Origin: Octopus sinensis
Taxonomy: Eukaryota
Length of the DNA stretch: 64,000 nt
NCBI RefSeq assembly: GCF_006345805.1
Contig: NC_043021.1
Location: 10,230,001-10,294,000, forward strand
Direction of reading: 5' to 3'
In this document: positions 43,721 through 57,899 of the stretch, in pieces
Numbering within the stretch: position 1 is the first letter of the stretch
Layout: each line of letters opens with the position of its first letter
The notes under the pieces: model-generated
What the model saw: only the letters and a program-made list of their open reading frames with translations
Told to the model about the DNA's origin: nothing
Database searches by the model: none
Program-made: the position numbers and the translations under genes

Positions 43721-46605
43721 GGTAAGTATCATTAGGAAAACATCTTTGAGGATAAAACTGCTGTAATTATTCATCAATGTTCGAACAATAAGACAAAGAA
43801 GAAGAGAGAATGTTTTAATGTAAAGTAACTTATGTTATAATATGAAATATATAATCAATACGATTTTATATTATCTCATCAAAGTGCTGTTCTAATTTCT
43901 ATTGAACGAGTATTGTAATCTTTTGAGGTGTATTGTAATATCTTAAATGAATACATCTTCAAAGTAGTTCCCATATTTTTTTATATGGACGTGAAAATAA
44001 TTACCTTTTGTGTGATATAATATATATTTTATTATGATGATTTCAATGGTAGATTGATCCACCTGAATATTATTCCATTAACTGTCATTTTAAAAGTACG
44101 GATCTTGTATAGTTATTTCTTGCTTAAAAATATTTCTGTTAATTAATAAACGCAAATATGTTAGTATTAATGTCATCTTGATTGTTTTAGTCACAACGTT
44201 TCGGACGTTTTGTCCTTCAAACTTTTTAGGTTTCCGTTGCATTCAGTTTCAATACGAAACATAAGTTTCGAAGCGAACCTTGTATTAAATCCATGCCTGC
44301 ACTTTGTATTTATTTCGATATCCATATTGGGACCAAGTTTTACTGTAAACACTGTTGTCCAATATTAAGTTATTTTCTGTCATGCTATTACTATGAAGAA
44401 ATCTCCACTTTTGTATCCTATTAGTTACTGTCTAATGAAGTCCGTATTTCCTGTGTTCATTATAGCACCTGCAAGGTTCTTTTATAATACATAAAAAAGA
44501 ATCTGAGGGCATGGCTGTATGTCAAGAGGTTTATTTCCCAACCACATGATTCCGGATTCAATTCCATTGCGAGGTACTGGCGAGTGTTTTCTATTATGGC
44601 CTAGAGTGACTCAAAGATTTGTAAATGGATGCGGTAGGCGGAAACCATTGTGTGTGTGTGTGTATGTGTGTGTTTATGTGTATGTGTGTGTACGTTCGTC
44701 GTTTTTGTACCTGTGTTTGTCCTCCCCGATGCTTGACAACTGGTATTGATGTGTTTACGTCCCCAAAAGTTAGCGGTTCGCCAAAGGAAGACCGACAGAA
44801 TAAGTAACAGGCTTTTAAAAAAATCCTGATGCCCAGTTTTTCGACTACAGTTCGCATGGCTGCAGTCTAATGACTGAAACAAGTAAATGACAAAAGATAA
44901 AAGACAGCTAAATTATGGTTGTTTCAAAGTATATGGTTGTTTCAAATATATGGTTGTTTCAAAGTGAGAGATGTTGGCAATCCATTCTTGAGTCTCATGT
45001 TCAGAGCTGCCAATAGTTGATGCTATTGTGCTGTCACATTACTCGTGGTGTATAAGGCTATATACCACGATTTACAGCAAGAACAGTTTTCCTGAAGTTC
45101 ACTTAATTTTTGAACGAGTATTGAAGCTGCTCAGTACCATCCACTATTGGCTGCTCTAAAGAGAAATCTCAGGAACGGATAGCCAACATATCCTATATCA
45201 AAACAACCATATACGCAGTTTTCAAATACATAAAACAATTCCTAATTCAACCCAGAAAGCACTTTCACGCTTTCACATATTATCAAAATCATCGCTACGC
45301 TAACGTTATGGAACTATCACATAACAAGCGTATATGATGGCTTTTCCAGTCGTTGTATTAATATATTAATATATTTATTATATATTATATATTAATATTC
45401 TATCATCTTGACTTTGTTCCGCAAAAGTTGTTGGCTTCTGTTTTCTGTCACAACTGCTTTATTTTTTTCTCCATCCCACACACAGATCATAGCTTTACAA
45501 TGTAGTCCTACTCTTAAGGGGTACATAGTCTCCCTTTATATGAGGTGCTATAGCTTAATATAAAATTCCACGGGGTGTAGTACACAAAGCTATTGGTCAT
45601 GATATTTTATTTTAGGGGCTTTCTTCAAAAGAGATGTCCTCGAACGCCATTGATAAAGTCCTCCGTAGAACTAACATAGAGATTAACACTTTATAGGGGT
45701 CTCTTTTGAAGAATGAAAGAACATTTGGCTTATGACCATAAAAAAATTAGGTTTTGATATTTCTAATTTCCGCTACATAATTCCCTTACATGACCATATG
45801 ACAATGTGTATAAGCGTTGATAAAATGATCGGTACCGTAGGAGAACTAACGAGCATGAGTTCTGCCTCTGAGTCACGCAAACAATAATAAACAGTTCGTT
45901 CCAAGAGGAACGATCAAGAGACATCACATGTAAAAAGAGTAACAAATGGGAGAATAGTGCTGATACAGATACTGGAACGAGGACAATACACACAGCCATA
46001 GATATAATACAAAGGTTCGCTTCGAAACCCGTATTCTATCTTGAGAGTTACGGAATTCGGCAGAAACTGAAAAAGACTGAAGAATGTAACGGGCAAAAAG
46101 CTGTAACAATTACAGCGAAGACGAGGACAATAATCCCAACATATTCGCGTTTATTAATTAACAGGAAATATTTTTAAGCAAGAAATAACTATACAACATT
46201 AATACAAACTGGTTCATCATTTTAAAATGACAGGTGGTGCAATAATATTTAGGTGGATCAATCTTCCATTGAAATCATCTGAGTGGTCAACACAATAAAA
46301 TATTTCTTATCACACAAAAGGTAATTGTTTTTCACGTCCATATAAAAAAATATGGGAGCTATTTTGAAGATGTATTAATTTAAGATATTTCAATACAACT
46401 CAAAAGATGACAATACTCGTTCAATAGAAATTAGAATAACACTTTAGTAATATAATATAAAATTGTATTGATTATATATTTTATATCATAACATAAATTA
46501 CTTTACATTAAAACATTCTCGGTTGTTCTTTGACTTATTGTTCGAACATTGATGAATAATTACAGCTGTTCTTTCCTCAAAGATGTTTTCCTAATGATAC
46601 TTACC

Positions 46606-46613
46606 TATAAATA
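46606..46613 (+). promoter_or_regulatory. TATA box of copy H
   Basis: TATAAATA followed about 30 bp later by TCAGT; ATG at 46682. Confidence 0.6.
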
Positions 46614-46681
46614 CCACACGATTCATAACTGTAGCATCAGTGGAATTATTCTACACAGATAACTGAACATCTAGAATCACC

Positions 46682-48420
46682 ATGTTGTCTCTCTGTTGCC
46701 TTCTTGTTACGGTTGCTTCAGTTTTTGCTGGTAAGTCATGTCTTTCCGCCGAAGCTGGTATTGATACCCACTATTTTACTCATATCAGCGTTTGTCTCGG
46801 TATCAGTATTTTTAAATCATTAATTTTATGCCGAAAATATATCCGGAAAATTTGTTACTTTTCGTAATTAATTAAAGCTAACAAAATTGCAACCATATAA
46901 GTTTCAGTAATCGATATATCATAGATATTGAAAAATGATTTATCTACAAATATAAATTTATTTCCTTTTGTGATTGTCTTTCAGCACCTAAAACACAGAT
47001 CGTCGATGGATCTCCAGCACAAAACTGCGAGTTTCCTTCCATTGTCCACCTCCAAATATTTAACCAACCTACAGATAACATGATTAGCTTATGTGGAGGT
47101 ACTTTGATTGATTCTACACACGTATTGACAGCAGCTCACTGTCTGTAAGTATTTTTATAAATAAACAGTACAGATTGACACTTTGATATCTTCGTATTAC
47201 ATCAGTTGATGTTTAAGAAGAATGTTTAGTTTCTGTGTTTGTATAATATAAAAGTTGAACAGAATTTGACATTGGTATAAATAGCAACGTATATACTGGC
47301 TTTGGTAACAGGCTAAAGTTTACATTGGATTTTGTATTTCCAACAATTTCAGAATATATTGACTTACACCATAAACGAGCGCATATATTTAGATAAAAAT
47401 AAAGCGGCAAGTTTGCAGAAATGTTAGCACACCGGAAAAAGACTTTGCTGCATTTCGCCCGTCTTTACGTTCTGAGTTCAAATTCCACCGAGGTCGACTT
47501 TACCTTTCATCCCATTTCGGGATCGATAAAATAAGTACCAGTTGTACACTTGGGCCGATATAATCGACTCTCTACCCCACACGTGCTGGCCTTGTGCTAA
47601 AGTTTGACATCAATATTTTAATAAAGATATATGCTCGGTGTTCTTAAAAATATGTTCTGTCAAATGAATACAACACTTCGATCTTAGAACATTCTTCTAC
47701 ATTCTGTGTGTATTAATTAATTATTTTATTTTCTGTGCGTTTAATATCGTTCAGACGAACAACCAACAGAAATATATTTTAATAACACAAACGATCTGAA
47801 ATGCAACATTTAAATGGACAACAACGTTTACTAATAACAAAACAATATGAGACTCATATTACAATGCTTATTGACAAATTTCAAGTATATTACGGTATAA
47901 AATTACTGTTTGCTAAAGATCCGCCATATTTGATTTGATTTTAGCGAAGGAAATGTCAGAAGGGTTAAAGTAAACATCGGTTCCAACAACAAATGGAGTC
48001 CTGGTTCTCAGTCAACAACTGCAAGTAGAATTGTGAAACATGGTGGATACGTACATACTCCATACCTGATACGTGAGTATTACAATTATCACGTCTTCAG
48101 ATATTTTCTTATAAATTCTTTCTTCCTCTCAACCATACATCAGTAAATATCGGTGTTTCATCAATTGCAATCTCGTGTCAATATACGATAGTTATTGTTT
48201 GGTATTTTCCTTTCAGTGTTCCTATAAGAAATGTTTAAATACTGACATTTTCTTCTCCTTATTCGTCGCATTTTGCATTATCCAAACATTCAGGATATAC
48301 TCATCAGAACTGAAGCTTTGTGCAAAATGATATCTACATTACATCTCGGTAATTACTGCTATCTCTACTACTGCTGCAGCTTATAATGATGAAGCGATGA
48401 TGATGATGATGATGATGATA

Positions 48421-48479
<59 letters not shown>

Positions 48480-48572
48480 AATAATAATGTTGATGCTGAT
48501 GATGATGATGATGATGATGATGTTGATGGCGATGATGATGATGTTGATGGCGATGATGATGATGATGATGGC

Positions 48573-48605
<33 letters not shown>

Positions 48606-48739
48606 AGTGAAGATTATGACGATGAGTGCAACAAAGTGTCATTTGCTGATATTAGTTTGTTTTCGCTGCATCTACATTGCGACAAAGACGTTGCTTATGC
48701 ACATATAATAATATGTGCATATGTATCATATATGCATGT

Positions 48740-48787
<48 letters not shown>

Positions 48788-48894
48788 CACAAAATAAAAC
48801 ATACATACATATAAACACAAATAATAAAATGAAAATGTAGTGTTCAAATGAGCATATGTTAATATATTAACATAATATTATATTATATTATTAC

Positions 48895-48938
<44 letters not shown>

Positions 48939-49040
48939 TATTATTATTATTACTAAATTATTAGTATTATTATTATTATTATTATATTATTATTATTTTA
49001 TTATTATTATGTTTATTATATTATTATTATTATATTATTA

Positions 49041-49075
<35 letters not shown>

Positions 49076-49104
49076 TATTATTATTATTATTATTATCATT
49101 ATTA

Positions 49105-49142
<38 letters not shown>

Positions 49143-49280
49143 ATTATTATTATTATTATTACTATTATTATTATTATTATATTATTATTATTATTACTAT
49201 TATTATTATTATTATTATTATTATGATATTATTATTATTATATTATTATTTACTATTATATTATTATATTATTATTACTA

Positions 49281-49316
<36 letters not shown>

Positions 49317-49546
49317 TATTATTATTATTATTATTATTATTATGATTATTATTATTATATTATTATTATTATTACTATTATTATTATATATTATTATTAC
49401 TATTATTATTATATTTTATTATTATTATATTACTATTATTATTATTATTATTATATATTATTACTATTATTATTATTTATTATTTTATTATTATTATTAC
49501 TATTATATTATTATTATTAATATTATATTATTATTATTATTATTAC

Positions 49547-49586
<40 letters not shown>

Positions 49587-49640
49587 GTTATTATTATTAT
49601 TATTATTATTATTTTATTATTATTATTATTATTATATTAC

Positions 49641-49697
<57 letters not shown>

Positions 49698-49706
49698 TAT
49701 ATTATA

Positions 49707-49747
<41 letters not shown>

Positions 49748-49926
49748 AATGTAAATATAGTAATCCCTACAATTGTTTCGATTCAAAGCTAAAAGCAATA
49801 ACAAATTTATTAAAATTCAAATTTTGGAAATATTTCGAGTAAAAATCTCATCCGGCAAAGCAGGAAAAAATTACACATTAGAAGCTTGAGATCCCTATAA
49901 GAGGAACTTGCTTCCTTGTATTGGAT

Positions 49927-49999
<73 letters not shown>

Positions 50000-52040
50000 G
50001 TGTGTGTGTGTGTGTGTGTGTGTTGTGTGTGTGTGTGTGTGTGTGTATGTGTGTGTATGCATACATGCATACAAACACTCTCACACATATAATGTTATTT
50101 CTGGCTATCATATATACTTATGTCTATATTGCACGAATGTCTATTATATGTATATACATCATATATATCTGTATAGATCTATTGAAACATATATTCATGA
50201 CCAGCATATGCGTATGTTTTACCCTTACAGAGAACGATATTGCCATCTTGACTTTGAGCGACCCAGTCCGTGAAGGTAGATGTGTCCAGTTTGCACAATT
50301 GGCCAGTAAAGGAGAAACATTTGGTACCCGAAGATGTATCGCTGCAGGATGGGGAGATTTCCAATGTAAGTATCATGAAATTTCCATCAGATGTTCCTAT
50401 CATCTCGATTTAATCACCGTCAATCGATATTAATCATCATTCAAATGTGTTATTTTCAGTTAAAGGAAACAGTCCTGACGAATTATACAAAGTGGCTCTT
50501 CCAGCTATTCCCCATGATGTATGTACACAAAGGTCAACGATGCGAATTGCTGAGGGAGTTCTCTGTGCCGGAGATTTCAGACAAGGTGGAGCATCTACTT
50601 GCCAGGTATGTGATTTTGATATTATAGAATATATACCTCTAGTCAGGTGGCGAGCTGGCAGAATCGTTAGCACCCGGACGAAATGTTTTGTGGTATTACG
50701 TCCGCCGCTGCGTTCTGAGTTCAAATTCCGCCGAGGTCGACTTTGCCTTTCATCCTTTCGGGTTCAATAAAATTAAGTACGAGTTACACACTGGGGTCGA
50801 TTTAATCGACTTAACTTAATCTGTTTGTCCTTGTTTGTTCCTTCTATGTTTAGCCCTTGTGGGCAATAAAGAAATAAGAATATATACCTCTAGTGATATC
50901 TAACCGATATATCCCTTAAATGATAAAATACATTTTGCTGCAGATGGCTGGAATATGTCTCCCCGCATTCGATATAAACAAGAATACATTTTGCACCAAA
51001 AAGCCAATATGAGAGTTTCTCTCATGGCATCTACCACAGTATAGCCTGTTCTAACAGAACATCCACTTTTAAGATGGGATAAATTATTCCCTCACTGTAT
51101 TAATATTGCCCCCCCCCCCGTCGCTAATACACACACACATACGCGCATACACACACGCATTATTTATGTGTATGTGTGTGCATGTCTGTATTGATGCAAG
51201 TATATCGGATCCACAAAAGCTGAAACTGGCGAAAAGAAAACTATTCAACTTTACAAGTAAAGTTCTCTATTGAATAATATATTAAACAAATGATTAATTT
51301 TGTGAACACACTGCTCCTCTGTATTGACCACACTGTCAAATGTTGTTATTCGCCGCTGGTCTTAAGGAGCTTCCAAATCTTTCTTTATTACGCTTTTCTT
51401 TCCATCTTGCAAATATCTTCCAAAATCGTTTTACTAAATTATTTCTTTCCATCTTCTCCAAAATCGTTTTACTAAATTATCTCCCCATTGCCGTTAGACG
51501 GCCCTCCCAAGTTACCTTTCCGATCTCTTGGTAACCATTCGACAATTGCATGGGTTCACCTATTGCTTGTGAGCCTTGCAACATGTCCGGCCCTGTGAAA
51601 CTTGTGGTTCTCATATTCTACGATCGAATCCTTCAATCCGCTTTGTTCCCGAATTACCACCTTTAAGTTGTCTAGCTTTGATTTGAGCACATCTTTTATG
51701 GAGGCTAACACCTTCCATCGTGTCGTTATTTTCCTCGAGATTTCTATCTCCTTGTCTCGACGCATATCAACTTTTTAGTTCGAGCTGACGTACTCCTTTA
51801 CGACCTCTATTTCATCGTTTTCCACCTCTGTTTGGCCTTGTGCTGCGTTTTCACTAAATATAAATTTATATTGTTTGTGTTTTTTTCAGGGTGACTCTGG
51901 TGGTCCACTTTATTGTCCAAGCTCAAATGGTCAAATGGTCTTAGCTGGTGTAACATCCTTCGGACGTAATTGTGACCATAGAAATCAGCGCTTTCAGCGA
52001 TGTCGGATATTTCCGAGACTGGATCCAGAGTAATCTGTAA
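46682..52040 (+). pseudogene. Copy H: full six-exon protease gene with a +1 insertion in exon 6 (exons 46682-46730, 46985-47144, 47945-48072, 50231-50365, 50460-50605, 51890-52040)
   Basis: tgtgaccatagaa vs tgtgacatagaa in G. The frame shifts after Cys220 to DHRNQRFQRCRIFPRLDPE*, losing the C-terminal strand and helix. The catalytic triad is intact. Could be a consensus error. Confidence 0.65.
48880..49745. repeat. ~870-bp degenerate (ATT)n microsatellite in copy H intron 3
   Basis: Direct reading. Confidence 0.95.
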
Positions 52041-52202
52041 GAAGTACTTTAATAAAGATGTCTATTTACAGAGGAATATCACTAGAACATTATTCACACT
52101 GTATTAACAAATGAATAAATATATAAAATAATTTATCAAATTGTTGTTGTTGTTGTTGTTATACTGTTACACGAGAATGTTCAACTATATCTCTGTTTGC
52201 TT

Positions 52203-52540
52203 GAAGGCGCATGGCTCAGTGGTTAGAGCATCGAGCTTACGATCGTGAGGTTGTGAGCTCGAATCCCGGACCGGGCTGCGCGTTGTGTTCTTGAGCAAGA
52301 TACTTTATTTCACGTTGTTCCAGTTCACTCAGCTGTAGAAATGAGTTGCGACGTCACAGGTACCAAGCTGTATCGGCCCCTTTGCCTTTCCCTTAGATAA
52401 CACTGGTGGCGTGAAGAAGAGAGGCTGGTATGCATGGGCGACTGCTGGTCTTCCATAAACAACCTAGCCTGGACTTGTGCCTCGGAGGGTAACTTTCTAG
52501 ATGCAATCCCATGGTCAGTCATGTCCCAAGTGGGTCTCAG
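52203..52540 (+). mobile_element. SINE family 2 (GGCGCATGGCTCAGTGGTTAGAGC head). Other copies or relatives at ~3740-3985-, 9660-10030-, 12605-12830+, 21590-21815-, 24960-25200+, 25360-25660+, 27930-28265-, 30150-30380+, 38565-38860+, 62090-62315-
   Basis: tRNA-like A and B boxes; this copy is flanked by the TSD ATATCTCTGTTTGC. Confidence 0.7.
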
Positions 52541-52544
52541 TATA

Positions 52545-55196
52545 CTCTCTTGAGTATAGAGTCAATCTCACCTAGAATTATGGTGCTTGAGATAGATGGA
52601 AACCCAAAAACAACATTGGTATGTGTGTATAGCCCACATAATTCGTCTGTAGCAGACGAAATTGAAAATTTTTATACAACCCTTCGTTCAACCATTGAGC
52701 AAGTACCTCTCCATAATTTTCTGGTTATAGCTGGTGATCTGAATGCTAGACTAGGACCCGATAGACCAAGTTTACTTTCAACTCTAAACACAATCGGAAC
52801 GGAGAAATGCTCAAAGACTTCTCGGAGGGAATTTAATCTCTACACCTCCAACAACTCTTTTATGAAACAAAGGTCAACTTTGGACATTTGAGTCCCCACT
52901 TGGTGATAGGGGCACAAATTGACTACCTCATCTTTCGAAAAGAAATGGCGCACGCAATAGTGTTAAGGACTCGAGATCCTACTCTTCCTTTAGTTCTGTC
53001 GGCCTGACCACAGAATTGTATCAGCTACCGTTAAGCTTAGTCTTCGCTCATCCAAAAAAACTAAGCCTCACCCGATCAAATGATCGACTGGGAGGAAGTC
53101 TTATCTAACCCCGATATGTCCAAACAATTTACTATTGAGGTCTATAACACATTTCAATCTCTGTCTACTTCTGAAATAGATGCTGAGAACATTGAGGAAG
53201 TAACAGCAGCCTCATCAAATCAACAGAGGAAGTTGCACTGGCTACTCTTCCCAAAGGAAGAGTAGGGGCCAGAGCAACCTTCTAATTCCCCAAATGTCAT
53301 CGAAGCCAGAAACCATCTAAAGTCTATATCACTAGCTTACCACCGTTCTCCATCCCAGTCACTGAAGATCCAACTCATAGCTGCTAGGAAGAATCTTGAT
53401 GAAGCTTACTTGAACGCCGAGGTCGAATTTATCAATGGCAAAATTAGTAAACTATCGAAAGAGCACATTAGTAAAAACACCATCTCGCCTGGAAATCCAT
53501 CAAAGACCTATCAGGCAAAAGTTCTGGGTCATCAATTAGAATTAAAGGGGGATCAGCTAAGAAGCGTTTAGAAAATTGGTCAACCCATTTTAAAAACCTC
53601 CTTGGGAAGAATGCCAAAATCCCTGATAACCCCACTCTTCCAAGTGTGCCTATATCAGACACGCTGGACATCAACACCTCCCCTTTTACCATATTTGAAC
53701 TAACAGCAGCCACCAAGCAACTAAAAGCCTCGAAAGCATTTGGTCCCGACAACATCCCGGCTGTAATTTGGAAGGATGATAGATTTCACACACTTTTGCT
53801 CAACCTCTGCAACCACACACTTTCCACCTTTGTCGCTCCAAAGATTTGGCACCAATCTCAAATCATTCCAATACCCAAAAAAGGCGATTTGTCCCTCGTC
53901 ACCAACTACAGGGGCATATCTCTAATGTCAATTGCTGCAAAACTGTACAACAAACTGATCCTAAATCGTCTTGTCCTTTTTGTTGAACCTTTGCTCCGAA
54001 AGAACCAAAATGGATTCAGACATGGGCGCTCAACGCTGAGCCAGATACTATGCCTGCGCAGACTTATTGAAGAATCAAAAGCATTTAATCGCGATCTTGC
54101 AATGGTATTTGTAGACTTTTCTAAAGCGTTCGATTCTGTAGATAGGTACAAGATGTTTGAAATCCTTAAGCTCTATGGGATACCAGACAAAATTATTTCT
54201 GCCATCAAGGTCCTCTACACAGATACGTCTTCAACCATCTTAACCCCTGATGGAGAAACATCATCTTTCTCAATCAAAGCCGGAATACTGCAGGGAGACA
54301 CACTCGCCCCATTTCTTTTCATCATTGTTGTTGATTATGTGCTACGTATGTCAGTTGATGCCATCTCTGGAAAGGGCTTTGAAATAAAACCAAGAAGAAG
54401 TTCCAGACACCCAGCTGAGTACTTGACAGACACTGACTTTGCTGACGACATCGCTCTTATCAGTGATTCTCTCTCCAATGCCCAGTCTCTTTTATAATCT
54501 CTTGAACAAGCCTCAAATTGTGTAGGTCTTTACCTCAATGAGGCCAAAACTGAATACATAAACAAGTGCCTGTCCAACAGTGATTGCATCATCCATACTC
54601 TCAACAGTGCGCCTTTAAATATGGTTTCTGATTATAAATATCTTGGGTCATACATATCATCATCTGGAAAAGACTTTCTAACTAGAAAGGGTATGGCCTG
54701 GTCAGCCTGTAATGACATGCATAAGATCTGGTCATCAAATCTAAGTAGAGACTTCAAACTTCAAATATTCAAAGCCACAGTCGAACCAATTCTACTATAT
54801 GGCTCAGAAACCTGGACGTTATCAAAGAAGCTTGAGAGGCGGTTGGATGGAACCTACACTCGCCTCCTCATGAGAGCTCAAAATCTCTCGTGGAGGCGCC
54901 ATCCAACCAAAATGCAAATATATGGGAAATTACCACCTGTGTCATCTCTTGTGAAAGGTAGGAGAGTCCAGTTTGCTGGACATTGTTGTAGAGCTGAAAA
55001 AGAAGTAATTTCTACTCTTCTCCTCTGGAAGCCATCTACTCGCAATACCAGAGGGCGCACACTCTCCTACCCTGATGTAATCTCCAGGGATACAGGCATC
55101 CAGCAATAGGACCTCCGTAATGCTATGATGGACCGTGAAGTCTGGCGTAACATAATAAATTCCATTGTCTCGACCACGGCCGAACAATGATGATGA
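52545..55196 (+). mobile_element. Degraded, 5'-truncated RTE-clade LINE (AP endonuclease remnant plus reverse transcriptase)
   Basis: ORF pieces 52511-52891 (APE-like YSPH, GDLNAR), 53646-54497 (PKKG, NYRGISL, DFSKAFDS, GILQGDTLAP, FADD) and 54621-55109 (YLGS, LLYGSETW). Internal stops and frameshifts; (TGA)n 3' tail near 55188-55196. Confidence 0.88.
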
Positions 55197-56730
55197 TATC
55201 TCTGTTTGCAAGTTTGTTTCTAATAATTTTGTAGAAGAATGGTATTTCCTACGAGGGGGTGCTGAAAAATCCCGTGCTTTAAGGGCATCGCAAAAAGCCT
55301 GGCTGGAGGCCCAAACTTTCGAATTCTTTTACAGGGTTTAGAAAACCTGAAGGGCTGTTGCAATAAGTGTGTGAATCTGAGAGGAGAATATGTTGGATAA
55401 AGTCATAATGAACTGTTTCTCCTGTATTTTATTTTACCCAGAGCAAGGAAGTTTTCAACACCTCTTCGTACGTATGACAGTCGCGTGTATCTCTTTTCCC
55501 ATTGTTCCACTATATTGTTAGGCAAGTCTGTGGAGATTATAACTAAATCATAACAGCGATTAATACAGCAATATCAGTTTCTGTTTCACAGACGGTTGAT
55601 GGTTTCGTTGTTCCTATTTCAAAAGCAAAACGGAATTTATCTGAAGAATGCAGAATGCTAAAGTATTACAAAATGACATCTTGAAATCTACTCTATTACT
55701 CTTTTACTTGTTTCAGTCATTTGACTGTGGCCATGCAGGAGCACCGCCTTTAGTCAAGCAAATCGACCCTAGGACTTATTCTTTAGAAGCCTAGTACTTA
55801 TTTTATCTGTCTCTTTTGCCGAACCGCTAAGTTACAGGGACGTAAACGTACCACCATCGGTTGTCAAACAATGTTGGGGGGGGGGCAAACACAGACACAA
55901 ACATATACACACACATACATATATATATGCATATATACGACGGGTTTCTTTCAGTTTCCGTCTACCAAATCCACTCACGAGGCTTTGGTCGGCCCGAGGC
56001 TATAGCTGAAGACACTTGCCCAAGGTGCCATGCAGTGGGACTGAACCCGGAACCATGTGGTTGGTAAGCAAGCTACTTACCACACAGCTACTCCTATAGT
56101 TGTAGATATATGTTGCAGTGAATAAAAATTAGATATGAGGTTGAAGTTTTTCAATAAACTTGAAAACATTTCCATTAAACAATATTAAAATTGAAATTTA
56201 TGAAAAATTTCCAGACAGTCTAGATTTTAATAATTGCTCTCTTTTAGCAATAGTTATACAATCCAAATTAACTAGTAGGCGGCTTTCTTTATTATTGTGT
56301 AGAAAAGACAATATTAATGTCAGACAGTATAATACACTCTTCAAACACATTTGAGTGTCATTTCTTTATTAAGATTTTTATTTTATTAAATTTTCTGAAA
56401 GTTGGAACAAGTTCATTTATTTGAGGTTATAACCTCTCTTTATTGTTTCAACCAGCAACATATTTCAGTATTTTTAAAAGTTTCAAGAAATCTCATTATT
56501 AAAAATTCACAATTTTTCCATTAAAAAAAAAAGAAAAAAATCAAGAGACACATTTTTCTTTATCAATGCTTTAATAATGGCTTCAAATTTTGGTACCAGG
56601 CCAGAAATTTAGGTCGATTATCCCGAAAAGATGAAAGATAAAAATCGACCTCGGCTTTATCTGAACTCAGAACATGAAGACGGACGAAATGCTACTAAGC
56701 ATTTTCCGGCGCGCTAACGATTCTATTAGT

Positions 56731-56935
56731 GACATGCTGTCGTACATTTTCGACCCTGGGCCCTAGGCTTAATTCAGACATCTATGCTAAGCTGTTGGAG
56801 AATCTGGTCAAACCCAGGCTGGAAAAGGTTGCGGCTGGAAGGTCATATGCGAGGCATTAGGATTCGCCACCTTGCCATACCTCCAGAAAGTGTCAGAAAT
56901 GGTTGTCGGGGAATTTCTACGACTTCACTAGTCCC
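56731..56935 (+). mobile_element. Tc1/mariner-superfamily transposase fragment (DD37D/maT-like)
   Basis: Translation RLNSDIYAKLLENLVKPRLEKVAAGRSYARH*DSPPCHTSRKCQKWLSGNFYDFTSP resembles the QDSAPCH region around the second catalytic Asp. Confidence 0.6.
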
Positions 56936-57721
56936 CCCGGTTGTATTCCACTTTACCTGGGACACCAAAGCTGAACCGGAGGTCAAGGCCATCCCAGAAA
57001 CACAGTGAAAAACGCATGCGCCGTTCCGGAGCCGACTTCAGGCCTTGGTGGAAGTAAACTGTTATCTCCCAGCCATAATCTAGTTAATATTTTTCGATTC
57101 TTGAAAATATTTATATTTTTGGGTAGGGCATTGTGTTTTCTTTTTTATTTCTATGCAAACTGTCAAATTTATCACGAACACCCTGTATTAGGCATAAAAA
57201 ACACAAAGACTGTTAACTTCACTGAAATATTTATTATTTAGTATCAAAATATTTATCGAACCAACTGTGGCCTAGTCCCAAACAACACCGTTGCATCTCG
57301 TCAGCGATCAGGTCGCAGTTGGTACGACAAGACAAGATATGTTGGTCTCAAATTTTGACACAAGACCAGCAAATTTTGGGGGAGGGGGCGAGTCGATTAC
57401 ATCAACCCCAGTGCTCAACTGGTACTTATTTTATTGATTCCGAAAGAAGATGAAAGGCAAAGTCGACCTTTCCGGAATTTGAACTCAGAACGTAAAGACG
57501 GATGAAATTCCGCCAAGCATTTTACCCGGCGTGCTAACGATTCTGCCAGCTCGCCACCTCACTTGGTACGAAGAAATATATTAGCTTCAAATTTTGACAC
57601 AAGGCCAGCAGTTTCAGGGTGTGGTGGTAGATAGTCGATTACATTGGTCCCCCAGTACTCAACTGGTACTTTATATTTTCGACTCCGAAAGGGAATGAAA
57701 GGTAAAGTCAACTTTCTGCAG

Positions 57722-57792
<71 letters not shown>

Positions 57793-57899
57793 CGCGCGCG
57801 TGTGTGTGTGTGTATGTGGAGGGTTGGGGTAGCGAGCGTTTCGAAATGCTGATAACAGTTGCGGAAATACGGGATGCGATGATGAGCTGCACAGGAGTA

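Noticed and set aside
49342-49842. 166-aa Ile/Leu/Tyr-rich ORF resembling a membrane protein
   Set aside because: Translation of the (ATT)n microsatellite
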